From: a virus
Direction: 5' to 3' (one strand)
Virus record (IMG/VR): IMGVR_UViG_3300011115_000086
Length of the DNA stretch: 33,965 nucleotides
The notes under the pieces were generated by a model. The model did not search any database, had not been told where the DNA came from, and saw only the letters and a program-made list of their open reading frames with translations. Made by a program: the position numbers and the translations under genes. This document shows, one piece after another, positions 8,676 to 17,990 of this stretch; the first letter of the stretch is position 1, and every line of letters starts with the position of its first letter.

Positions 8676-8717
8676 ATTTGTAAGCCTATAATTCAACAAA
8701 CTTTTGAGGGACTCAAA

Positions 8718-9056
8718 ATGGTCAACACTTCTGTAATGCGCCCAAGTGGACGCACATACGCCCTAAATTTGACAACTTCAGCCAGTACTGCGCTGTTGAT
8801 TGAAGCCACTACAAACGATCAAACCAACTATGTTTCATTGATAAACACAGGTTCTGGCGTTGCTGCGGTTGAATTTTCAAATTCCAGCACCGTAACAACC
8901 CCCACAGTGGCATCCACTGGCAATAGCGGTTCATTTGTGTTGCCAGCAGCCATGAATTTTCCTTTGTTGATTGCTGCCCCCAAAGCGCCTTTCTACATTA
9001 AAGCTATCAGTTCCAGCACAAATACACTTTACATCACAGCCGCACAAGCGGGTTAA
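8718..9056 (+). CDS. Hypothetical structural protein (112 aa)
   Basis: ATG 8718 with GAGGGA upstream. Track start 8664 lies inside the terminator stem, so it is rejected. Beta-rich Ser/Thr/Ala composition. Confidence 0.55.
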   Translation: MVNTSVMRPSGRTYALNLTTSASTALLIEATTNDQTNYVSLINTGSGVAAVEFSNSSTVTTPTVASTGNSGSFVLPAAMNFPLLIAAPKAPFYIKAISSSTNTLYITAAQAG

Positions 9057-9068
9057 AAGGGGGTTGGA

Positions 9069-11345
9069 ATGTCCAACGAAGCCGCCGTTACATCAACGAC
9101 AAACATTGTTCCTGTACAGGGCATTTTCCAACCAGCCCCAACATTTGACCTGATCACATTGATCGGGCCAGCAGGAACGCCGTTCTACGCCAGCATTAGT
9201 CCAAACCAATCTGGTTTGAACATCACAAACAGCACGATTAACAGCACCACAATTGGGGCAACAACCCCATCCACGGCGGCTTTTACTTCAGGCACAGTGG
9301 CGGCTGCGCCCACGGGGGCAACCGACATTGCAAACAAGCAATATGTGGACTACTACGCCGCAGGATTAAGCTGGAAAGCGCCTGTAACCGCAGCATCTAC
9401 GGTAAACATTGCCAGTTTGTCGGGTTTGCTGACTGTTGACACGGTTACCTTAATGGCTGGCGAGACTGTTTTGGTAAAAAACCAAACCAATGCGGCAGAC
9501 AATGGCATTTATGTGGCTTCATCTGGCGCTTGGACACGCAGCCCAGGCGCTGATGTGTGGGAAGAATTTATTGGCGCAATTGTGTTTGTGGTTGAGGGGT
9601 CGCAATCTGGATCGGCTTGGTTTTGTACGGCGCAACCGGGCGGGACTTTGGGCGTAACCGCCAACAACTGGTCAAATTTCTCTGTTTCTTCCACTTATAC
9701 CGCTGGCACTGGCCTGACATTGGCAGGGACACAGTTCAGCATTACAAACACTGCTGTTGCAGCCGCTGCTTACGGTTCAGCAACGCAAGTTGGCACATTT
9801 ACAGTCAATGCCCAAGGGCAACTAACATTGGCTGGAAACACCACTATAACCCCCGCAGTTGGGTCAATCACTGGTTTGGGTACTGGGGTAGCAACTTGGC
9901 TTGCAACGCCATCTAGCGCCAATCTGCTGGCGGCGGTAACTGATGAAACAGGCACTGGATCACTGGTGTTTGCCACAAGCCCAAGTTTGGTAACCCCTAT
10001 TTTGGGAACGCCACAATCGGGTAATTTTTCCACCGGCACATTTACTTGGCCTACCTTTAACCAAAATACGTCTGGCAATGCGGCGACTGCCACTTCAGCA
10101 ACAACTTCCACCAACTTAGCTGGCGGCGCTGCTGGTTCGTTGCCATATCAAAGCGCGGCTGGCACTACCGCAATGCTTGGGGCTGGTTCAAACGGTCAAG
10201 TCTTAACTTTAGCGGCAGGCATTCCATCTTGGGCAACATCCACAGCTGGAACAGTAACTTCTGTTGGTCAAAGTTTTACAGGTGGTTTGATTTCGGTAAC
10301 TGGTTCGCCTATCACCACTTCTGGCACTTTGGCCTTGACTGTGGCGGGAACATCAGGCGGCATTCCTTACTTTTCCAGCGCATCCACATGGGCATCATCA
10401 GGCGCTTTAACGCAATATGGTGTTGTTTATGGTGGCGGCGCAGCTGGCGCACCCGTGGCAACCGCTGCGGGAACAACAGGCCAAATTTTAATTGGAAATA
10501 CAGGCGCGGCCCCATCTTGGGCGGCGCTTTCAAGTTCCGCAGTTTCTAGCATTTCGTTTGGAACTACTGGATTGACGCCTGCCACAGCCACGCAAGGCGC
10601 GGTTTCTGTTGCTGGCACTTTGGTGGTCGGTAATGGCGGCACTGGTGTTGCAACTTTAAGCGGATTGGCGTTTGGAAATGGCACAAGCGCATTCACTGCG
10701 GCAACCGCAGCACAAATTGTTTCAGCTATTAGCACAACCGCTGTGACCAATGCAACAAACGCAACAAACGCAACCAACACGGGCATAACTGACGACACAA
10801 CCACGGCTACGGCGGTCTACCCAACTTGGGTGACAACGACCACGGGCAATTTGCCGCAGAAAACTGCGTCCACCAAATTTTCTTTTATTCCGTCAACGGG
10901 TTATTTGAGTGTCACTGGCATAAGCAGCCCAACAATTGTCACGCCTACATTTTCAGGCGCAATTGCTGGAACGTACACGTTGGGCGGTACGCCAACCATC
11001 ACAAATCCAACAGTAACAAACTATGTTGAAAGCGTGGTTGCAATTGGCACGGTCACAACAACCAACACCTTGGCGTTAACCAACGGCACGGTGCAAACCG
11101 CTACCCTGACCGCATCAACTGCTTGCACGTTCACAATGCCAACCGCAACCGCAGGCAAGTCTTTTGTGCTTTTGCTCAAACAGGCAGCAGCCACAGGAAA
11201 TGGTACGGCAACATTTACCAGCGTGAAGTGGGCTGCGGCTGGTGCACCAACAATTACAGCAACGGCTGGCAAGATGGACATTCTGACTTTTATTGCTGAT
11301 GGCACAAACTGGTATGGTTCTGCCGCACAAGGTTACACACCATAA
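9069..11345 (+). CDS. Tail fibre protein (COG5301-like N-terminal region, repetitive shaft)
   Basis: IGATTPSTAAFTSG...ATDIANKQYVD...GETVLVKNQTNAADNGIYVASSGAWTRSPGAD is the common phage fibre pattern. Downstream are repeated units ending ...PSWA (GSLPYQSAAGTT...GIPSWATS; GGIPYFSSAST...GAAPSWAAL). Confidence 0.8.
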   Translation: MSNEAAVTSTTNIVPVQGIFQPAPTFDLITLIGPAGTPFYASISPNQSGLNITNSTINSTTIGATTPSTAAFTSGTVAAAPTGATDIANKQYVDYYAAGLSWKAPVTAASTVNIASLSGLLTVDTVTLMAGETVLVKNQTNAADNGIYVASSGAWTRSPGADVWEEFIGAIVFVVEGSQSGSAWFCTAQPGGTLGVTANNWSNFSVSSTYTAGTGLTLAGTQFSITNTAVAAAAYGSATQVGTFTVNAQGQLTLAGNTTITPAVGSITGLGTGVATWLATPSSANLLAAVTDETGTGSLVFATSPSLVTPILGTPQSGNFSTGTFTWPTFNQNTSGNAATATSATTSTNLAGGAAGSLPYQSAAGTTAMLGAGSNGQVLTLAAGIPSWATSTAGTVTSVGQSFTGGLISVTGSPITTSGTLALTVAGTSGGIPYFSSASTWASSGALTQYGVVYGGGAAGAPVATAAGTTGQILIGNTGAAPSWAALSSSAVSSISFGTTGLTPATATQGAVSVAGTLVVGNGGTGVATLSGLAFGNGTSAFTAATAAQIVSAISTTAVTNATNATNATNTGITDDTTTATAVYPTWVTTTTGNLPQKTASTKFSFIPSTGYLSVTGISSPTIVTPTFSGAIAGTYTLGGTPTITNPTVTNYVESVVAIGTVTTTNTLALTNGTVQTATLTASTACTFTMPTATAGKSFVLLLKQAAATGNGTATFTSVKWAAAGAPTITATAGKMDILTFIADGTNWYGSAAQGYTP
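10749..10778 (+). repeat. In-frame 9-nt tandem repeat (AAYGCAACM x3) encoding NATNATNATN
   Basis: aatgcaaca aacgcaaca aacgcaacc aac read directly; the frame agrees with the track translation TNATNATNATNTG. Confidence 0.85.
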
Positions 11346-12163
11346 TGTTTGCCGCTAAAAACTTTTTGTTGGCTGGCGGCGCTGCTCCTGATTTTACTTT
11401 CACGATTAGCACAAACCAGACCAATGCAAATTTACGAACTCTTGCAGTAAATGCTGGATGGGCTGGAACAACTAAAGTTGTTGCAACAATTAATTCTGGC
11501 ATTTACGTCAGCGCTAGTTCAACTGGTAGCGATGGCCTAACGATTGACGGCGCTTGGCCCGGCGGTGTTTCGCTTGTAAACAATGGCTTTATTACAGGTA
11601 TGGGCGGTGCTGGTGGAAACGGTGGAGCAGCTAACCTTATCGGTGCTCCGGGCCAACAAGGAAAGCTCGGTGTTGCTGGTAGTAGTGGTGGACGAGCGCT
11701 TCTTGTTTCATCCGCAGTCACTATTACCAACAACGGCACAATTGGAGGTGGTGGCGGTGGTGGTGGAGGGGGTTCGGGTTCGCTAGGTATTCAAGGTGGG
11801 TGTTGCCCGACTTACTACTTCCGTGGCGGCGGTGGCGGCGGTGGAGGGCGCACAGGTGCAACCAACTCAGGGGGCGGCGCTGGCGGTGTTGCATCTGGTG
11901 GCAACGGGAATTCGGGTTCTGCTGGAACTAGTTCTGCTGGCGGCACTGGAGGTGCTGGTCTGAGTGCGCCAGTTGGCTACAGCGGCGCTGGAGGTACTGG
12001 TGGTACATGGGGGTCTTCCGGTAGTAGTGGTGGATCTAACGACCCATGTACTGGATTTAACGCACCGGGAGCAGCCGGTGGCGGCGGTGCTGGCGCGTGT
12101 ATATCTGGTAACAGCAACATAACTTACGTAACTACTGGAACTAGATTGGGAGCAATAACATGA
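11345..12163 (+). CDS. Glycine-rich protein with poly-Gly runs
   Basis: The start overlaps the fibre gene stop (TAATG). Contains NNGFITGMGGAGGNGG, NNGTIGGGGGGGGGGSGS and FRGGGGGGGGR; about 40 percent Gly in the C-terminal two thirds. Confidence 0.7.
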   Translation: MFAAKNFLLAGGAAPDFTFTISTNQTNANLRTLAVNAGWAGTTKVVATINSGIYVSASSTGSDGLTIDGAWPGGVSLVNNGFITGMGGAGGNGGAANLIGAPGQQGKLGVAGSSGGRALLVSSAVTITNNGTIGGGGGGGGGGSGSLGIQGGCCPTYYFRGGGGGGGGRTGATNSGGGAGGVASGGNGNSGSAGTSSAGGTGGAGLSAPVGYSGAGGTGGTWGSSGSSGGSNDPCTGFNAPGAAGGGGAGACISGNSNITYVTTGTRLGAIT

Positions 12164-12459
12164 GCATCACAAATTTTAGCTATACCGTTTTTTTAGTAAA
12201 TGAAGCCGCACGGTGCATGGAAGTTATTTACACGGCTGACGGGCATCAAACAATGCACGTTGGAGCAAGACTTCCGTTTGAAGGTGAAAGCCTTGAAGAC
12301 GTTATAAGGGCATTTGCGCCCATTTCTTTGTGGGACGAACAAAAACGAACTGTAATTGCCCCAACGGTTGGCGTATCTGGGACATTAGAAGTTTTTAATT
12401 CTCCACAACCAAATGAGCCTGTAGTTTCTACAATAACTACTGGTACTCAGACGCTATGA
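12160..12459 (+). CDS. Hypothetical protein (99 aa)
   Basis: Track ORF; ATGA overlap with the Gly-rich gene. More AT-rich than the flanking structural genes. Confidence 0.5.
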   Translation: MSITNFSYTVFLVNEAARCMEVIYTADGHQTMHVGARLPFEGESLEDVIRAFAPISLWDEQKRTVIAPTVGVSGTLEVFNSPQPNEPVVSTITTGTQTL

Positions 12460-12734
12460 TTTCTGCGGGGCCGAAACATGTGCTCGCCTATGATGGCGTA
12501 ATGATGAATATATATCATTGCAACAAAGGCCAAGGATTATTGCGCCATGAGCACCCGTTTGCACATTTAACCATGTGCCATGCGGGTAGCTGCATCATCA
12601 GAAAAGAAAACCGTGAACTTGTAATGACCAAAGATACGCAGCCTGTCAACCTGACAGCTAATGAGTGGCACGAACTTGAAGCGCTTGAAGATGGAACGGT
12701 ATTTGTCAACGTATTTGCTCAAAGTAAAATGTAA
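12456..12734 (+). CDS. Small cupin-fold protein (putative)
   Basis: GLLRHEHPFAH and WHELEALEDGTVFVN resemble the two cupin motifs. ATGA overlap with the previous ORF. Confidence 0.45.
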   Translation: MISAGPKHVLAYDGVMMNIYHCNKGQGLLRHEHPFAHLTMCHAGSCIIRKENRELVMTKDTQPVNLTANEWHELEALEDGTVFVNVFAQSKM

Positions 12735-12769
12735 AGCGGTTAAAATTTTTACAGTCTAGGGGTATTTAT

Positions 12770-13312
12770 TTGAATGAATCTTCGCCAACATATTGGAAAT
12801 GGGATGATGCTGTTTCTCCCGCTATGTGTGATATTCTTTTAGAAGAACGCAAAGTTTTACAAGAAACACAAGGCCAAATTGGTTTAGCAAATACAACAAT
12901 TCTTTCTGTACGAAACTCAAAAATTTGTTGGGTACGACAAAACCATTGGGTGGAATCCGTTATGTATAACCACGCTTTATATGCAAACGAACTTACGGAG
13001 TGGAAGTTTCAAGTTGGTCGCCCAGAGCCTGTGCAGCTTGCATCCTACGATATAGATGGATTTTATGGTTGGCACGAAGACTGGACGCCGTTAGCTAAAA
13101 CCCCCCATGTTAGAAAGTTAAGCATCGTTCTTTTGCTGTCTAACCCCGAAGAATTTGAAGGTGGGCAATTTCAATTTAAAGATGATCCCGTAGAAATGAA
13201 GCGCGGAACATTAATTGTGTTTCCGTCATTTACTAGCCACCAAGTGACACCTGTAACTAAAGGCATCCGCTACTCGGCTACATGCTGGGTGCAAGGCCCA
13301 AAAACTCTATAA
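12770..13312 (+). CDS. 2OG-Fe(II) oxygenase, prolyl 4-hydroxylase-like
   Basis: WHEDW (HxD), LSIVLLLSNPEEFEGGQFQF, FPSFTSHQVTPV (distal His) and KGIRYSATCW (Arg) match the P4H-type 2OG oxygenase signature. TTG start as in the track; the first ATG is well inside the conserved N-terminus. Confidence 0.75.
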   Translation: MNESSPTYWKWDDAVSPAMCDILLEERKVLQETQGQIGLANTTILSVRNSKICWVRQNHWVESVMYNHALYANELTEWKFQVGRPEPVQLASYDIDGFYGWHEDWTPLAKTPHVRKLSIVLLLSNPEEFEGGQFQFKDDPVEMKRGTLIVFPSFTSHQVTPVTKGIRYSATCWVQGPKTL

Positions 13313-13402
13313 ATATGGTTATTTGTCTTGAACGCCACAAAAACTTTGTCATTCCACAAGAGTGTGACAAGTTGGATGAAAACACCAAATCTTGGATAAA
13401 AA

Positions 13403-13717
13403 ATGACAACGTTTGAATGGGAAATTTTGCAAACATCTTCAATTGGCAAGGAATTGGTTAGCGTTCATTATTTGGTGACAGCTAAAGATGACGCCAACGA
13501 AGTGCAAAGCCAAGGCCATGCGGATGTTGTTGGGAAAATCACTGTCCCATACGCCGAAATCAGGGAATCAACTATATTTGCTTGCCTAACAGAAATGTAT
13601 ATGCAAGATGACCCAAACTCTCTAAAATCCCGATTACAAGAACAATTGGACTACCTAAAAAACGCCCCAAACACTGATGTTCCTTGGAAAGATCAGATTT
13701 TCAGCGTTAAATTTTAA
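13403..13717 (+). CDS. Hypothetical protein (104 aa)
   Basis: Track ORF, AT-rich, no recognisable motif. Confidence 0.5.
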   Translation: MTTFEWEILQTSSIGKELVSVHYLVTAKDDANEVQSQGHADVVGKITVPYAEIRESTIFACLTEMYMQDDPNSLKSRLQEQLDYLKNAPNTDVPWKDQIFSVKF

Positions 13718-13726
13718 GAAAATGCC

Positions 13727-14701
13727 ATGACTACTCCATACGACATTGTTAGCAGGGCGCTTAAAGACATTGGCGCGTTAGAGGCTGGAGAAATCCCATC
13801 ATCAGATGCAGCGCAAGATGCGTTTGACATGCTCAATGACATGTGCGCCCAGTGGTCAAACGAAAACATGATGGTTTTTTACAAAACCGAAATCATTTTT
13901 CAGACCGTTCAAAACACAGTTCAATACACGCTTGGCCCGTCTGGTTCGGTTGGTGCATCTTTTACTGGTTCAATTGCAGGCACAACCCTGACCGTTCCTG
14001 TTGATGGTGTAATTTCTGGCGCAATCACAATGGGCATGACCATCAGCGGCACGGGCATCACCGCAGGCACAACGATTGTGGGGTTCGGAACGGGCGCTGG
14101 CGGCAACGTCAATGAGGGCGGCACATACACGGTCAGCCAATCCCAAACCGCTGCCAGCACAACGATCACAGCCTACTACGAGCGCCCTTTGACAATTGAA
14201 TCTGCCTTTGTTCGCGTGGCAACACAGCAAGGCGGCTCAAACGTGGCTGGCGGCTATCTCGACTACCCAGTGGCAATTTTAAGCCTAGAAGAATACGAAT
14301 CTTTGGGCATCAAGCAGCTTAACGGCCCGTGGGCGAAAATGGTCTATTACCAGCCAAGCGAGACATTGGGAACGCTGTATGTGTTCCCCAACCCGTCATC
14401 TGGTGAACTGCACTTGTTTGCAAACACCATGTTCCGCACGTTCAATACGCTGTACGACACAATCACGCTGCCGCAAGGCTACAACATGGCGCTGCGGTGG
14501 TGCTTGGCTGAACGCATGATGCCAATGTATGGAAAGGCTTCATCGACTCAAATCCAAATGATCAATTCATTTGCGGGGAACGCAAAAGCTATCATCAAGC
14601 GAACCAACATGAAGCCTGCACAAGTGGCGCGGTATCCTGATGCGTTGATGGTTGGTCGAGCAAAAGATGCTGGCTTTATCATGGATGGGGGCTTCAGATA
14701 A
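13727..14701 (+). CDS. Head-to-tail adaptor, P22 gp4-like, with an inserted module
   Basis: N-terminus [38 protein letters not shown] parallels P22 gp4 (DLVRAALRKLGVASD...AVDDLEAMMAEW). About 324 aa versus 166 aa in P22, because of the insertion at 13958-14176. Confidence 0.6.
   Translation: MTTPYDIVSRALKDIGALEAGEIPSSDAAQDAFDMLNDMCAQWSNENMMVFYKTEIIFQTVQNTVQYTLGPSGSVGASFTGSIAGTTLTVPVDGVISGAITMGMTISGTGITAGTTIVGFGTGAGGNVNEGGTYTVSQSQTAASTTITAYYERPLTIESAFVRVATQQGGSNVAGGYLDYPVAILSLEEYESLGIKQLNGPWAKMVYYQPSETLGTLYVFPNPSSGELHLFANTMFRTFNTLYDTITLPQGYNMALRWCLAERMMPMYGKASSTQIQMINSFAGNAKAIIKRTNMKPAQVARYPDALMVGRAKDAGFIMDGGFR
13958..14176 (+). repeat. Copy 1 of a ~65-73-aa GTTLTV...[16 protein letters not shown] module (protein-level repeat)
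   Basis: [66 protein letters not shown] aligns with the two copies at 15097-15501. Confidence 0.8.
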
Positions 14702-16563
14702 TGGCAGACTTTGGCTTTGTCGGCCCATCCTACGAAGCGCCAAGCATCTACCAAGATGCCCAAGAGTGCATCAATTGGTTTCCTGAAATTGACCCGTTGA
14801 AGCAACCCGGTGACCGAGGGGTGGTGGCGCTGTACCCAACGCCGGGGTTGTCCTCTTTGGTGCTATTTCAAAACCAACAAGAGGTGCGCGGCATGGTCAC
14901 CTTGTCGGGTGGCAGCATTATGGTTGCGGTTTGCGGCCCTTACGTCTACGCCCTGACAAGCAGTTTTGTGTCAACATTGGTTGGACAGTTAAACTCTAGC
15001 ACTGGTCGCGTAGGCATAACCGACAATGGCGTTAATGTCTACATTGTTGACGGAACTTACCGTTACACATGGCGCATTTCAACGCCGTCTAGCGCGGTTT
15101 TTACGGGGTCAACTAGCGGCACAACCCTTACGGTGACAGCCATAACAAACGGCGCTTTGGCGGTGGGTCAGGTGCTGTTTGGCGTTGGGGTTACTCAAGA
15201 AACCGTGATCACGGCTTTAGGTTCGGGAACAGGCGGGATTGGCACTTACACAATCAATCTTTCCCAAACCAATGCTAGTCAGCAAATGAATTCAGCTACG
15301 GCTGGCGCAATAATCACGGGTGCAATTGCAGGCACGACTTTGACGGTTTCAGCAGTCAGCAGCGGCACTTTGGCGGCTGGCATGACCATTCAAGGCGCTG
15401 GCATCACGGCAAACACCATCATTACAGCCCTTGGAACTGGCACTGGTGGCGCAGGGACTTACACGGTTAACTTTTCCCAAACGATTAGTTCAATCACGAT
15501 GTATGGCTTGAACTGGTCGGTGCTGCCTAGCACTGATGGGGCATTCACTGGCGGCACAAATGTGGATATTGTGGACAATTACTTTGTCTACAACCGCCCC
15601 GACACGCAGCAATTTGGCGCTTCTGCGGTTTTGTCCCCTATTTCGCCAGCGTTAAGTTTTTCAAGCAAAGATGGCGCACCCGATGATCTGGTGACTTTGA
15701 TTGTTGATCACCGTGAAATTTATTTGCTGGGTGAGACTTCTAGCGAAGTTTGGGTCGATCAGGGAACAAGCCCATTTCCATTTCAGCGCGTCCCCGGCAC
15801 ATCTACCCAGCACGGCATTGTTAGCGCATTTAGCGTTTCTAGGCTTGGTAATTCATTTGCATATTTGTCAAAAAACAATCGTGGAACAGCGCAGATTGTT
15901 CAAATGAATGGCTATGTCCCACAAAGAATTTCAACCCATGCGGTGGAAAATAGTTTATCGGGTCAAACCATTACTGACGCAGTGGCTTGGACGTATCAAA
16001 TAGAGGGACACGAAGTTTATGTCATTAGCTTCCCCTCAATTCAACTAACTTGGTGCTATGACATTGCTTCAGGAATGTGGCACAAGTGGTTGTATACAAA
16101 TAATCTAGGTCAATACGAAAGATGTCGTGGGAATTGCGCGGCAGTCTTTCAGGGATATGTTTTGGTTGGCGACTACTCTAACGGCAAAATTTATCACTTG
16201 GACAAAAACATTTACACAGATGACGGGCAAAATGTCAGGCGGTTACGCCGCGCCCCTCACTTGGTTGCCGATTTCCAGCGGGAATACTTTGATGAATTGC
16301 AGATACAGTTTCAACCCGGTGTAGGCTTATCAACAGGCATAGGGGACGACCCGCAAGCCATGTTGCGGTGGTCGAATGATGGCGGTTCTACTTGGTCGAA
16401 TGAACACTGGACTTCCATCGGGCGCATGGGAAAATACACCAACCGCGCAATTTGGCGGCGGCTGGGTACGGCAAGGGATCGGATTTTTGAAGTGTCTGTT
16501 TCTGATCCGGTTAAGTGCGTGATAGTGTCTGCCAACCTCAAAGCAACCCAAGGGGAAAATTGA
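14701..16563 (+). CDS. Tail hub protein, P22 gp10-like, with two inserted modules
   Basis: The C-terminal pattern [35 protein letters not shown] parallels the P22 gp10 end (KRVLWKRVGRIRRLIGFKLRV...LSGCQIRLE). The gene follows the gp4-like gene with an ATGA-type overlap. Confidence 0.65.
   Translation: MADFGFVGPSYEAPSIYQDAQECINWFPEIDPLKQPGDRGVVALYPTPGLSSLVLFQNQQEVRGMVTLSGGSIMVAVCGPYVYALTSSFVSTLVGQLNSSTGRVGITDNGVNVYIVDGTYRYTWRISTPSSAVFTGSTSGTTLTVTAITNGALAVGQVLFGVGVTQETVITALGSGTGGIGTYTINLSQTNASQQMNSATAGAIITGAIAGTTLTVSAVSSGTLAAGMTIQGAGITANTIITALGTGTGGAGTYTVNFSQTISSITMYGLNWSVLPSTDGAFTGGTNVDIVDNYFVYNRPDTQQFGASAVLSPISPALSFSSKDGAPDDLVTLIVDHREIYLLGETSSEVWVDQGTSPFPFQRVPGTSTQHGIVSAFSVSRLGNSFAYLSKNNRGTAQIVQMNGYVPQRISTHAVENSLSGQTITDAVAWTYQIEGHEVYVISFPSIQLTWCYDIASGMWHKWLYTNNLGQYERCRGNCAAVFQGYVLVGDYSNGKIYHLDKNIYTDDGQNVRRLRRAPHLVADFQREYFDELQIQFQPGVGLSTGIGDDPQAMLRWSNDGGSTWSNEHWTSIGRMGKYTNRAIWRRLGTARDRIFEVSVSDPVKCVIVSANLKATQGEN
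15097..15501 (+). repeat. Copies 2 and 3 (tandem) of the GTTLTV...GTGTGGxGTYT module
   Basis: [57 protein letters not shown] and [57 protein letters not shown]. Confidence 0.85.
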
Positions 16564-16793
16564 TGGCATTGCTACCCAACCCACAATCCCAGCCATATCC
16601 ACAATCAGAATTTTTGGATGGGCAGACCAAGCGCCCTACAAGGGCATGGCAACAGTTTTTCATTAACTTGCTCAACTTCAGCAGCGCAACAACTGCAACA
16701 GCTGGATCGGCAAGTTTGCCAGCAAACCCTGTTGGGTTCATCAATGTCACAGTGAATGGGGTGGCTTACAAAGTTCCCTATTACAACCAATGA
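16563..16793 (+). CDS. Small virion-associated protein (76 aa), function unknown
   Basis: ATG 16563 shares its A with the hub gene stop (TGATG); preferred over track start 16515. Ends ...FINVTVNGVAYKVPYYNQ. Confidence 0.5.
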   Translation: MALLPNPQSQPYPQSEFLDGQTKRPTRAWQQFFINLLNFSSATTATAGSASLPANPVGFINVTVNGVAYKVPYYNQ

Positions 16794-17254
16794 ACGATGT
16801 AACTCCAACAGCTGTGCCAACCCGTGAGCAGATCGAAAAGCTGCAAGCGGAAATGTCTGCAATGCCGCAGTCTGAATTGCAGCTGGCGGCTGATGCCATG
16901 CAAACAGAGCATTATTTTCATGCTGGAATGTATGCCAGAAAGTTAAGCAGGCCAGCAGGCTGTTTGATTGTGGGCAAGGTTCATAAGCAAGACCACTATT
17001 TTTTATGTGCCAAAGGTGAAATAATCTCTTGGTCAGAAAAAGGAATGGTGCATCTGTATGCGGGTGACATCATTGAGAGCAGACCCGGCACAAAGCGGGT
17101 CACGTTGGCGGTGACTGATGCAATCGGCATCACATTTCACAAGACCGATAAAACCGACTTGGATGAATTAGAAAAAGATTTGGTTGAGCCTGATGAACTT
17201 TCATTGTTTGATTCAAGCAACAAATTGAAAGTTTTGGAAATTAAAGGGGAATGA
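16790..17254 (+). CDS. Hypothetical protein (154 aa), possibly cupin-like
   Basis: Track ORF; ATGA overlap with the previous gene; lies within the tail/ejection gene block. Confidence 0.5.
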   Translation: MNDVTPTAVPTREQIEKLQAEMSAMPQSELQLAADAMQTEHYFHAGMYARKLSRPAGCLIVGKVHKQDHYFLCAKGEIISWSEKGMVHLYAGDIIESRPGTKRVTLAVTDAIGITFHKTDKTDLDELEKDLVEPDELSLFDSSNKLKVLEIKGE

Positions 17255-17255
17255 C

Positions 17256-17981
17256 ATGAGTTTTGTAACAGCGGCTTTAATTACTGGTGGCATGGGAATA
17301 GTTGGCGGCTACATGGCTGGTCAAGGCGCTAAAGCAGGCGCAAAAACACAAGCAGATGCAATGCGGGAATCGGCTCGATTGCAGAAAGAAATGTTTGATG
17401 TTCAGAACGAAAATCAAAGGCCATATCGTGAAGCTGGATATAGCGCATTAGGCGATATTTCCGGAATGAAACCGTATCTGACCAAGCAATTTGGGCCAGA
17501 GGATTTTGAGGCAGGAATTGATCCAAGCTATAAATTTAGGTTTGAGCAAGGCAATTTGGCAACCACTAACATGGGTAATCGGTCTGGTGGCGCTATAGGC
17601 GGTAATGCCTTAAAGGGATTGGTGGATTATGGTCAAGGCGCAGCAAGCACAGAATATGGAAATGTTTTTAATCGTTTTCAAACACAAAGAAGCAACATTT
17701 ACAACAACTTAGCATCTATTGCGGGGCTGGGTCAAACTTCACTTGGTCAAACAGGACAGCTTTCATCCAGCGCAGGACAAAGCATTGGGGATGCTATTTC
17801 TGGTGCTGGTTCTGCAATTGGTGGCGGTCAGGTTGCCGCAGGCAATGCTTACGGCGGCGCTATAGGGGGCGCTGGTAATTCATATATGTTGTCTCAATTG
17901 TTGCGCCGTCAACCGCAACCGCAAATGCAACCGCAATTTGGCAGCCCTATTAGTGAACCATTTGATGTCAATATTGGTTAA
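17256..17981 (+). CDS. Putative internal virion / ejection protein (Gly-rich, N-terminal hydrophobic segment)
   Basis: Position matches the first of the three ejection genes in P22-like phages. N-terminus FVTAALITGGMGIVGGYMAG; C-terminus QPQPQMQPQ. Confidence 0.45.
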   Translation: MSFVTAALITGGMGIVGGYMAGQGAKAGAKTQADAMRESARLQKEMFDVQNENQRPYREAGYSALGDISGMKPYLTKQFGPEDFEAGIDPSYKFRFEQGNLATTNMGNRSGGAIGGNALKGLVDYGQGAASTEYGNVFNRFQTQRSNIYNNLASIAGLGQTSLGQTGQLSSSAGQSIGDAISGAGSAIGGGQVAAGNAYGGAIGGAGNSYMLSQLLRRQPQPQMQPQFGSPISEPFDVNIG

Positions 17982-17990
17982 GGAAAAAAA

